In this document: positions 9,084 to 17,936 of the stretch, piece after piece
Numbering within the stretch: the first letter of the stretch is position 1
How the letters are laid out: each line of letters opens with the position of its first letter
Source: Ignavibacteriota bacterium
Lineage (GTDB): Bacteria; Bacteroidota; Ignavibacteria; UBA10030; UBA6906
Direction: 5' to 3'
Assembly: GCA_963801355.1 (NCBI GenBank)
Contig: CAWDEM010000008.1
Coordinates: forward strand, 2,624,001 to 2,688,000
DNA length: 64,000 nucleotides
The notes under the pieces: generated by a model
Databases searched by the model: none
What the model was told of the DNA's origin: nothing
What the model saw: only the letters and a program-made list of their open reading frames with translations
Made by a program: the position numbers and the translations under genes

Positions 9084-11582
9084 TTAGATTTCCTGCATCA
9101 TCGCGCGTTCGGCGGCGGTGCGCTGGCGCATGTGCAACGCGCCGGTAAAACACTTTTGTACACAGAGGGAACACCCGACACACTCTGCCGGATCGATCAC
9201 CGGATACCGTCGCGTATCCATCGTTATCGCAAGATACGGACAGCGTGCACAATTGCCACATTGTGTACAGAGAGATTCAACCAGCTCTGGGACAGTCGTC
9301 GAAACCGGAAGATCATCGAAAGCCGTGATCGGCTCCGGCAACGCCGAACCGATCAGCGCGGCGACGGATGCCATGCCGCGGTCGGCGAGCAGGTAGCTCA
9401 GCCCGGAATGCAACTCTTCGACAATCCTCAATCCGTATTTCATCACGACAGTGCAGAACTGTACGGTGGAAGCACCAAGGGCGAGAAAGTTGGCCGCCGC
9501 CCGGTAGTCCATCGGACCACCATTTCCCGAAATGGTTACCCCCAGGCCCGCGGCCCTGGCCAGCGTGAGATTGCTGATGGGAAGCACCCCTTCGCCGGAC
9601 ATCCCCATGATAATGCCCTCGTCCCAGCGCCTGGCGGGGGATCTCCGGAAGGCCAGTGTCGGGAAGCTGTTGGCAAGTGTCACCCCGGCCTTCTTGTGCG
9701 GATAGCGTTGCAATACATCCCTCACCTGGATCATGATCGATCGGATGGACGTGACGGCGCCGGTGAGTTTGAAGAGCTTGGGAACGGCGGGATCCCCTGC
9801 CTCCATCACCCAATCGACGATCTTCGCCGTCAGCCCGGCATCCTGCGACACCAGATCACCCCGGGTGCCATCGCCGCCTTGCGGGCAGGAAAGACTATAC
9901 TCGATACCCATCGCACCGGCGTCTTCCAGCAAGCGCGTATTTGCCTGCCACACCGCACGATCGGCCGGGTCATCACCGGTCACCGGCCCACCCGTAGATG
10001 CCATCGTGAGCCGGTCGGGATACTCGCGCACGAGCCGGCCGACTTCGCCGGCAACGCGACGGAGGTCGTGGGCCGATACATTGTCACAGTTGCCGTACGT
10101 GGAAGCGCCGTACACCACCATGTACTCGCCCGGAATATGTACAGGCACACCGGCAAACGCGGTTTTCATGATGCCGCCGGACCACCCTGCATCATAGGCC
10201 TTCTTCATCTGTGCGTACCCATCGGTATGCGGTGCGGCCGAAAGGAGGAACGGAGTCTGGAGAGTACGGCCGAAGAAGTCGCACGTCAGCGGCACGGGCA
10301 GCAGGGTTTGTCCTGCCAGCATCACACGGCTTTTCACGAAGCGCTCCCGTGCCGGCCGCGTGCCGCCGTTCAGGTACGCATCAATTTCGGCGGCCGCATT
10401 CTTGCCGGATGCCACCGCCTCCACCACGGTCGCCGCCCCGTGCACCATATCGCCCGCAAAGAATACCCCTTTCCGCTTGCGCGGCACGATGCTCGACCTG
10501 CTGCCGATCGCAGCAACGACCAGATCACATGCGCGGAACGCCGGCTTCTCCGTGCGGTGCGGCACAAAATTGCGCGGATCAGGTTTCTTTCCCCTTCCAA
10601 GGTACTGTCTGACCGTCATCACTCCCCGTACCCGGCCCTTTGCACTGACAATTTCCGTCACCCGGGTACACGGAGTGACGTCTACGCCATGTTCAAGCAG
10701 GAGTGTCCGTTCATACGCGGTGAGCGGCATATGCTCCGCTTTGCGCCGGTAGATGATTTCCACGTGTGCGGCACCGCAGCGTGCCGCAGTCGTGGCGCAA
10801 TCAACTGCAATCGCCCCACCACCGATGATCATCACACGCTTATTCTTCAGAGGGATTCTTGTGTGATCTTCGAGATACTTCTGCCATGGGACCGCGTGCA
10901 GTCCACCCGGCATGTCCGGCGCAACCGGTGTATCCTGCCCGATCGTCACGAGGACAGCCGCATATTCCCCGCTCCTGATGAGCACATTCGGCGAGAATAT
11001 CGCCGTCTCCGGAATCAGATGAATATCACCGAGGCCGAGAACAAAATCGATGTCGCGTGTGAGAACCTTCCGATCGAGTCGCCATCCTGGAATGAGATGG
11101 CACATTCCTCCCGCCCGCGTGCTCAGATCGAAAATATCAACGGTATACCCGAGCTGCCCGAGAACCGCGGCCCCACCCAAACCGGCAGGCCCTCCGCCAA
11201 CCACAGCAATTTTTATCCCATTGCCGGACCGCACGGGAAAATCGGGCATCCCCGCGCCAAAGGCTTTTTCGATGATTGTGGATTGGACGGCCGGGATGTT
11301 CACCGCATGGTCAAACGTACGGCGAACGCATGCCCGCATACAGAGGTAGTCTGGGCACAATGCACCGCATGTACCACCGAGGGGATTGCTGCCCATGATG
11401 ATGGCAGCAGCACGGCGAAAATCGGAGGGTGCTCCGACACGGCTCGCCATGATGAAATCAGCCGGGGAGCAATCAGCTGGGCATGCTTCCTTGCATGGCT
11501 TTTCCTCACACGACTCACAGCGCTGCAGTTCGTCGCGAAGTTGGGCGTCTGTCAACATCCCCGTCGGCCTCTTGTGCCCCAT
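9084..11582 (-). CDS. Single-chain dihydropyrimidine dehydrogenase-like flavo-Fe-S reductase (PreT-PreA fusion)
   Basis: N-terminal Fe-S (CESCEEKPCKEACP, GTCGALCP), FAD GGGPAG, NAD(P) GGGAIA/YRR, then an FMN barrel (PFLLSAAP, IMKT, SCP, KLT, SGNGG, VQFCT) and two C-terminal 4Fe-4S motifs. Start re-called at MGHKRP. Confidence 0.88.
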   Translation of the reverse strand: MGHKRPTGMLTDAQLRDELQRCESCEEKPCKEACPADCSPADFIMASRVGAPSDFRRAAAIIMGSNPLGGTCGALCPDYLCMRACVRRTFDHAVNIPAVQSTIIEKAFGAGMPDFPVRSGNGIKIAVVGGGPAGLGGAAVLGQLGYTVDIFDLSTRAGGMCHLIPGWRLDRKVLTRDIDFVLGLGDIHLIPETAIFSPNVLIRSGEYAAVLVTIGQDTPVAPDMPGGLHAVPWQKYLEDHTRIPLKNKRVMIIGGGAIAVDCATTAARCGAAHVEIIYRRKAEHMPLTAYERTLLLEHGVDVTPCTRVTEIVSAKGRVRGVMTVRQYLGRGKKPDPRNFVPHRTEKPAFRACDLVVAAIGSRSSIVPRKRKGVFFAGDMVHGAATVVEAVASGKNAAAEIDAYLNGGTRPARERFVKSRVMLAGQTLLPVPLTCDFFGRTLQTPFLLSAAPHTDGYAQMKKAYDAGWSGGIMKTAFAGVPVHIPGEYMVVYGASTYGNCDNVSAHDLRRVAGEVGRLVREYPDRLTMASTGGPVTGDDPADRAVWQANTRLLEDAGAMGIEYSLSCPQGGDGTRGDLVSQDAGLTAKIVDWVMEAGDPAVPKLFKLTGAVTSIRSIMIQVRDVLQRYPHKKAGVTLANSFPTLAFRRSPARRWDEGIIMGMSGEGVLPISNLTLARAAGLGVTISGNGGPMDYRAAANFLALGASTVQFCTVVMKYGLRIVEELHSGLSYLLADRGMASVAALIGSALPEPITAFDDLPVSTTVPELVESLCTQCGNCARCPYLAITMDTRRYPVIDPAECVGCSLCVQKCFTGALHMRQRTAAERAMMQEI

Positions 11583-11732
11583 AGCAGTACCCGGTAGTGT
11601 ATGCTGTAAAACATACCATTTGCGTACTGCAGAATCAATAGAGTTGCACGCACACCCCGGCCCGCACATACCGCAACGGCACTTGCTTGGCGGAAAAAAG
11701 TTGCGTAGAGTGGATGCAACCTCCCGGAGGCG

Positions 11733-14201
11733 TTGCACAAGTTGAGTTCACCGTATCCGACACTCCCCATCGATGCCGCGGTTCCGGACATACTCCGCAC
11801 GCTGACGGAGGCTCCCGTCACCATACTCACCGCCGCACCGGGAGCCGGGAAGACCACGCGAGTCCCACTGGTTCTGCTGCAACATGCCCTCGCGGCTCAG
11901 CGACAGATTCTGATGCTCGAACCACGCCGTCTTGCCGCACAGCGGGCCGCCGGATACATGGCTTCGCTGCTCGATGAAGAGCCCGGGAAAACCATCGGAT
12001 ACCGCATCCGGGGAACAACCGTTGTCTCCGGGTCAACGCGCGTGGAAGTGTTGACCGAGGGAATTCTGACCCGGATGCTGCAAGACATGCCAGATCTGCC
12101 CCGCATCGGGATTCTGATCTTTGACGAATTCCATGAGCGAAGTATCCATGCGGATATCGGCCTTGCCCTGGCGCTGGATGTACAGGCACATCTCCGGCCG
12201 GATCTCCGTATCCTGATCATGTCCGCAACACTCGACGGCGCCGGAGTGCATCGCGTTCTGCCTGATGCACCGCGTATCGATATTCCGGGTAGGCAGTATC
12301 CGGTCGAGACCGTGTACTCCGCTTTCACCCCGGAGGGCCCGCTGGAGAAGACGGTCTCCCGTTCCGTTGTGAGAGCGCTGGCGGAAACGGAAGGAGACAT
12401 ACTGGTATTTCTTCCCGGCCGGCGGGAGCTTCGACGCACCCGCGAAATGCTGCTCGATACAAAACTCCCTCCAGACGTGCATGTCCATCTCCTGCACGGC
12501 GACGCAGATCCAGCCGCGCAACGCGCAGCCCTGGCGGTGCCGCGTCCGGGCGAGCGGAAGGTTATCCTCGCGACGAGCGTCGCAGAAACCAGCGTCACGA
12601 TCGACGGCGTCCGCGTGGTGATTGATGCCGGGCTGGCACGGGTGCCGCGATTTGACCCGCGAAGGGGCATGAGCGGCCTCGAGACCGTCCCGGTATCCGT
12701 GGCAACCGCGGATCAACGCCGCGGGCGCGCGGGGAGACAGGCAGCAGGGGTATGCTACCGTCTGTGGACGGAAGCCGATCATCGCAAGTTGCAGCCGCAG
12801 CCTGTGCCTGAGATCCTTTCGGCCGATCTTGCACCGCTGGCCCTCGACCTGGCGCGGTGGGGTTCACCGGATGCCGCCGGATTGCGGATGATTGATGCGC
12901 CTCCCCCGCATCATCTTACCCAGGCACAGGACCTCCTCCAGTCCCTGGGCGCACTCGACAGTGACGGACGCCCTACTCCGCACGGTCGTGCAATGGCTGA
13001 TCTTCCTCTTCACCCGCGACTCTCGCACATGGTGCTTCGCGCGCTGGATTTCGATCTCGGATCCGATGCTTGCAATGTTGCAGCGCTTCTTGACGGCCCC
13101 TATCTCTCCTCCGGCGTTGACATCGATCTTACGACGATCATCCATGCGCTCCAGGATCAACACACGGTTGAACGGGAGGCCCGGTTGCATATCCGTTCGG
13201 AAGCCGCGCGACTCCGGCGGCTCCTGGGAATCCCGGATGCACCGGCTATCGATCAATCACACGGACTCCTCCTCGCACTGGCGTATCCCGACCGCATCGC
13301 CCGGCGCCGCAGCGAGAGCAGCAACCGCTATCTGCTTGCCAACGGGACGGGTGTAATACTTCCCGGATGGAGCCTTCTGTCGCGATCGGAATTCCTTGCT
13401 GTCGGCGAAGTCGACAATGCCGGCGTCGATGCAAAGATTTTGCTGGCAGCTCCGCTGGGCATCGGCGATATTCGACGGATGGCAGAACACCAGATGGAAA
13501 CCCTGGATGAAATCCGCTGGGATTCCCGTGCGGGGGCGGTCGTCGCACGGCGGGTACTCCGGCTGGGTGCCATCGTTCTGGAAGAACAACCGTCCTCGCC
13601 CGATGGGGAGGGCGTTGTCCGGGCGATGATCGATGGCATCCGGAATCTCGGCCTCGATGCCCTCCCGTGGAACCCTGCCTCTGTGTCGCTGCGCTCCCGG
13701 AGCGAATGGGTGCGGATCAATGGTCTCGTGAAAGATGGGTGGCCGGATTTGAGTGCCGCCGCGCTCGAGAGTTCGATCGCACACTGGCTCGGCCCCTTCC
13801 TCTCCGGCATGACCCGCAAGGAGCATCTGTCGACACTGGACCTCCACCGGATACTGAGCTCGCTGTTCTCTCATCCCCAACGAGTCCTCCTGGAAAGGCT
13901 CGCTCCTGCTTCGCTGAGCACACCCTCAGGAAGAAGAGTAGTGCTCCTGTATGGCAACGAGCGTCAGCCCGTCATGCGTGCACGACTCCAGGAAATGTTC
14001 GGGCAGACAGAAAGCCCGACTGTCGGAGCAGGAAGCATTCCTGTTGTCATGCACCTTCTTTCACCAGCCGGCCGGCCGCTGGCTGTGACATCGGACCTCA
14101 GGAGCTTCTGGGCAAACGCATACACGGACGTCAGGAAACAGATGCGTGGCCGCTACCCGAAGCACCGGTGGCCGGAGGACCCTTTGCGTGCAACCCCGTG
14201 A
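11733..14201 (+). CDS. hrpB: ATP-dependent helicase HrpB
   Basis: APGAGKTT, EPRRLAA, DEFHERS, MSAT, QRRGRAGR and the C-terminal LLSPAGRP..GRYPKHRWPEDP. Confidence 0.95.
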   Translation: MHKLSSPYPTLPIDAAVPDILRTLTEAPVTILTAAPGAGKTTRVPLVLLQHALAAQRQILMLEPRRLAAQRAAGYMASLLDEEPGKTIGYRIRGTTVVSGSTRVEVLTEGILTRMLQDMPDLPRIGILIFDEFHERSIHADIGLALALDVQAHLRPDLRILIMSATLDGAGVHRVLPDAPRIDIPGRQYPVETVYSAFTPEGPLEKTVSRSVVRALAETEGDILVFLPGRRELRRTREMLLDTKLPPDVHVHLLHGDADPAAQRAALAVPRPGERKVILATSVAETSVTIDGVRVVIDAGLARVPRFDPRRGMSGLETVPVSVATADQRRGRAGRQAAGVCYRLWTEADHRKLQPQPVPEILSADLAPLALDLARWGSPDAAGLRMIDAPPPHHLTQAQDLLQSLGALDSDGRPTPHGRAMADLPLHPRLSHMVLRALDFDLGSDACNVAALLDGPYLSSGVDIDLTTIIHALQDQHTVEREARLHIRSEAARLRRLLGIPDAPAIDQSHGLLLALAYPDRIARRRSESSNRYLLANGTGVILPGWSLLSRSEFLAVGEVDNAGVDAKILLAAPLGIGDIRRMAEHQMETLDEIRWDSRAGAVVARRVLRLGAIVLEEQPSSPDGEGVVRAMIDGIRNLGLDALPWNPASVSLRSRSEWVRINGLVKDGWPDLSAAALESSIAHWLGPFLSGMTRKEHLSTLDLHRILSSLFSHPQRVLLERLAPASLSTPSGRRVVLLYGNERQPVMRARLQEMFGQTESPTVGAGSIPVVMHLLSPAGRPLAVTSDLRSFWANAYTDVRKQMRGRYPKHRWPEDPLRATP

Positions 14202-14222
14202 ATTCACCATGGCGGAGGAATT

Positions 14223-16877
14223 ATGAACATCCAATCGGTTGTGTACCGCACCCTGCTCTGCGGCTGTGCTCTCGTGCTGAGCCTCCATACCCACTGTGCG
14301 GCGCAAGTCGTCACCGACAGGCCCCGGTATCTCAATCCCGGTGCCCCTCTTGAGGACCGTGTCACCGATCTCCTCACACGCATGACTCTCGAAGAAAAAG
14401 TCGCCCAGCTCCAGTGCACGTTCCGGAAGATTGAATGGGGAAAGAATCTTACGATCAACGGACTCGGCGGTGTCGGACCCGTTCTGCGGACATTGCTTCC
14501 TGTGGATGCTGCACTCCAGGGCAACCAGATCCAGAAGCTGGCACTTGACAGCACCCGTTTGCACATCCCAGTCCTCTTCCACGACGAAGCACTCCACGGG
14601 CTCGTTGCAAACAGAGCGACCAGCTTCCCCCAGGCGATCGGTCTTGCAGCGGCATGGGATCCGGCGCTCATCGACGCGATCGGCGGAGTGATCGGAAAGG
14701 AGACACGAAGTCGTGGTATTCGCCAGGTGCTGTCACCAACCATCAACATTGCGCGCGACGTGCGATGGGGTCGCGTGGGAGAGACCTATGGCGAAGATCC
14801 GTACCTGCAGTCACAGATTGCTGCCGCGTTCTGCCGGAGCATAGAACGCGAAGGAGTAATCACCACGCCAAAGCACTTCATCGCGAATTATGGTGACGGA
14901 GGGCGGGACAGCTATCCTGTCAGCCTCTCAGAGCGTGAGCTGCGTGAAGTCTATTTCCCTCCGTTCAAAGCCTGTTTCCACGAGGGCGGGGCCGGTTCGG
15001 TCATGGCATCGTATAACTCCATGAACGGAGTCCCCTGCTCTGCAGATCCCTGGCTGCTCACGGACCTGCTCCGCACGGAGTGGGGCTTCTCCGGTTTTGT
15101 GGTCTCCGACTACGGCTCCGTTGGGGGAATCAAGGGGATGCATTCCGTCGCTGCGACCGAGCGCGAAACGGCTTCTCTGGCGTTGCGCGCCGGACTCGAT
15201 ATGGAGCTGCCGGAAATCTATTACTACGGCGCGCCACTGCTGGAAGAGGCCCGGGCGAACCCGGACCTGGTCCGGGCGGTTGATGCCGCCGCGCGCAACA
15301 TCCTTCGCGCCAAATTCCGTCTCGGTCTCTTCGAAAAGCCGTATGTTGATCCGGCTCTGGCCGAGGCGGCGAATGACAAGACAGAGAGCAGGGCATTGGC
15401 CCGCCAGGCAGCCCGTGAGGCCCTGGTTCTCCTGCGGAATGAGCGCAAGACGCTCCCCCTCCAGCTGCCCCTCAAGTCCATCGCTGTCATCGGACCGTGT
15501 GCCGACTCCGCGTTGTTGGGAGACTACAGCGGATTCGGGATGAAGGTCGTTACCCTCCTCCAGGGAATCAGGAACGCAGTCCCGGCAAGTACAACAGTGT
15601 CATATGAAAAGGGGTGTGAAGTCGGGTTCGCCTCACTCCCACCCGTTCCGGCCGTCTTCCTGAAGCCGCCGGGGGCACGACAGGGCGACCACGGACTGAA
15701 GGGGGAGTACTTTGACAACCTGTCCTTCTCAGGCAAACCCGTCCTGGTGCGCAATGATCCTGTGATCAATTTCACATGGGCGACGGGATCTCCGGATTCC
15801 GTGATTCCCGACGATCGCTTCTCCGTCAGATGGACCGGCACGATCACTCCTGCCGTCACAGGAACTTACCGTCTTGGGGCAAGCACGGACGACGGAGTGC
15901 GGCTCTGGCTCGACGGAAAGCTCCTGATCGAAAGCTGGTTCGATCGCGGCGCGACTCTCGATGCAGTGACGTTAACCCTCGAAGGGGGACGGGAGTACGA
16001 CGTGCGAATGGAGTATTACGAAAACACGGGGTGGAGCTATGCCGCCCTCGTCTGGCAACCCGTTGCTGACGCCGAACCTCTCCTGGAGGGGGCAGTGAAA
16101 GCGGCGAGGGGCGCCGACGTGGCTCTGATCGCTGTGGGGATTGCGGAAGGCGAAGGTCGTGACCGCGCGCACCTTGAGCTGCCCGGAACCCAGGAGCAAC
16201 TCATCAAAGCGGTTGCAGCAACGGGCACACCGACTGTGGTCGTCCTGTACAACGGCAGCGCGGTCACCATGAGCAACTGGATCGACAACGCTGCGGCAGT
16301 CCTGGAAGCCTGGTATCCGGGAGAGGAAGGCGGCAATGCCATCGCCGATGTTCTCTTCGGCGCATTCTCGCCGGGCGGGAAGCTTCCGATCACGTTCCCG
16401 CAATTCGTGGGACAGGTGCCGCTCTATTATAACCACCTGCCGACCGGGCGCGGGAACGACTACTGCGACATAAGCGGTGATCCTCTCTATCCTTTCGGCT
16501 ATGGCCTGAGCTACACCACGTTTGACTACAGCGATCTGCGTATCATCCCGCAAGCGATTCGACCGGACGGCAACGTGCGTGTGAGCATTGACGTCAGGAA
16601 TAGCGGGGCGCGCCCCGGAGACGAAGTGGTACAGCTCTACACACGCGATTCGGTCGCATCGGTGACCCGGCCCGTGATGGAGTTGAAAGGCTTCCGACGC
16701 ATCACACTCAAACCGGGCGAAAAGACCACCGTGGTGTTCCACCTTACGTCGAAGGAGCTTTCATTTCTCAACCGCCGGTTGAAGCCCGTTGTTGAACCCG
16801 GGAACATCGGCATCATGCTGGGAAGTTCATCAAAGGATATTCGGGCAAAAGGGGCACTGGAGGTGGTCCGACAATGA
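14223..16877 (+). CDS. Secreted GH3 beta-glycosidase with PA14 insertion and Fn3-like domain
   Basis: Signal peptide, EALHG, RDVRWGR.ETYGEDP, KHF, VVSDY nucleophile, PA14 (FSVRWTG, TDDGVRLW), WYPGEEGG and DEVVQLY. Confidence 0.93.
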   Translation: MNIQSVVYRTLLCGCALVLSLHTHCAAQVVTDRPRYLNPGAPLEDRVTDLLTRMTLEEKVAQLQCTFRKIEWGKNLTINGLGGVGPVLRTLLPVDAALQGNQIQKLALDSTRLHIPVLFHDEALHGLVANRATSFPQAIGLAAAWDPALIDAIGGVIGKETRSRGIRQVLSPTINIARDVRWGRVGETYGEDPYLQSQIAAAFCRSIEREGVITTPKHFIANYGDGGRDSYPVSLSERELREVYFPPFKACFHEGGAGSVMASYNSMNGVPCSADPWLLTDLLRTEWGFSGFVVSDYGSVGGIKGMHSVAATERETASLALRAGLDMELPEIYYYGAPLLEEARANPDLVRAVDAAARNILRAKFRLGLFEKPYVDPALAEAANDKTESRALARQAAREALVLLRNERKTLPLQLPLKSIAVIGPCADSALLGDYSGFGMKVVTLLQGIRNAVPASTTVSYEKGCEVGFASLPPVPAVFLKPPGARQGDHGLKGEYFDNLSFSGKPVLVRNDPVINFTWATGSPDSVIPDDRFSVRWTGTITPAVTGTYRLGASTDDGVRLWLDGKLLIESWFDRGATLDAVTLTLEGGREYDVRMEYYENTGWSYAALVWQPVADAEPLLEGAVKAARGADVALIAVGIAEGEGRDRAHLELPGTQEQLIKAVAATGTPTVVVLYNGSAVTMSNWIDNAAAVLEAWYPGEEGGNAIADVLFGAFSPGGKLPITFPQFVGQVPLYYNHLPTGRGNDYCDISGDPLYPFGYGLSYTTFDYSDLRIIPQAIRPDGNVRVSIDVRNSGARPGDEVVQLYTRDSVASVTRPVMELKGFRRITLKPGEKTTVVFHLTSKELSFLNRRLKPVVEPGNIGIMLGSSSKDIRAKGALEVVRQ

Positions 16878-17890
16878 CCCCGCGTGATCGCATACGCAAC
16901 ATCGTCGCCCGCCGGTCTGCAGACCGCTGCGGATTCTGGCTCGGGAACCCTCATCCGGATACGCTCCCGATCTACCATGCGTACTTTGGCACCACAACCC
17001 TTGAAGATCTCCATCAGAAACTGGGGAGTGACTTTCGCTGGATCTCCCCGCAACTTCTGGAATCGACGTACCGGGATCCTGAAGGAAACGGATTGTTCGA
17101 CTGCCGGAAGTACAAGCACTCTCTCGGCGAAGCGGGTCCGCTGGCTGCGTATGAGTCGGTGCGGGAGGTGGAACGTTATCCCTGGCCCGAGCTCCGCTAT
17201 CTCCATATCGGAGAGTGCATCGGCATCCTCAGAGGGACCGGAGATTTCTACCGTGCGAGCGGCTACTGGGCACCTTTCTTCCACGATGTTATGGATCTCT
17301 TCGGCGTGGAGGAATTCATGATCAAGATGCACACAACACCCGCCGTGGTTGAGGCAGCACTGGAGCAGGTGTGCAATTTCTACCTTGAGGCCAACGTGCT
17401 CCTGTTCCGGGAGGCGGGAGACCTGATCGACGGGTTTTTCTTCGGCAACGATTTCGGAACACAACGGGAATTGATGATCAGCCCTGGAGATTTTGACCGG
17501 TTCATTCTTCCGTGGATCAGGCGGTTTGCAGCGCAGGCACGGTCGTATAACTATCAGGTCCTCCTGCATTCATGCGGTTCGGTGCACCGGGTTGTGGACA
17601 GGCTCATTGATGCTGGAGTCGACTGTCTGCACCCGCTCCAGGCTCTTGCGCACAATATGGAAGCGAGTGTTCTTGCGAGGGATTTCGGAGGGAGGATCGC
17701 CTTCCTTGGCGGCATCGATACGCAGGACCTCCTGGTGAACGGGTCACCTCAGGCGATACGGGATGAGGTGCGGCGTATAGCCGACATACTCGGTCCACAC
17801 CTTATCGTCAGTCCCAGTCATGAGGCGTTGCTGCCAAACGTGCCCCCCGCCAACGTCGCAGCCATGGCCGAAGCCGCGTCATTGCTCTAG
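16874..17890 (+). CDS. URO-D/MtaA-CmuA superfamily protein
   Basis: GNDFGTQ, LHSCG, LHPLQ and GGIDTQ. ATGA overlap with the GH3 stop. Confidence 0.85.
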   Translation: MTPRDRIRNIVARRSADRCGFWLGNPHPDTLPIYHAYFGTTTLEDLHQKLGSDFRWISPQLLESTYRDPEGNGLFDCRKYKHSLGEAGPLAAYESVREVERYPWPELRYLHIGECIGILRGTGDFYRASGYWAPFFHDVMDLFGVEEFMIKMHTTPAVVEAALEQVCNFYLEANVLLFREAGDLIDGFFFGNDFGTQRELMISPGDFDRFILPWIRRFAAQARSYNYQVLLHSCGSVHRVVDRLIDAGVDCLHPLQALAHNMEASVLARDFGGRIAFLGGIDTQDLLVNGSPQAIRDEVRRIADILGPHLIVSPSHEALLPNVPPANVAAMAEAASLL

Positions 17891-17936
17891 AAGACTGCCT
17901 TGCAGTCACTCTCGGGCCGGCATGCATTCCAGTCGA

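Noticed and set aside
295-11597. Long plus-strand ORFs (295-1305, 4370-5815, 9069-11597 and others)
   Set aside because: Antisense shadows of well-supported minus-strand genes in GC-rich DNA, with no recognisable motifs.
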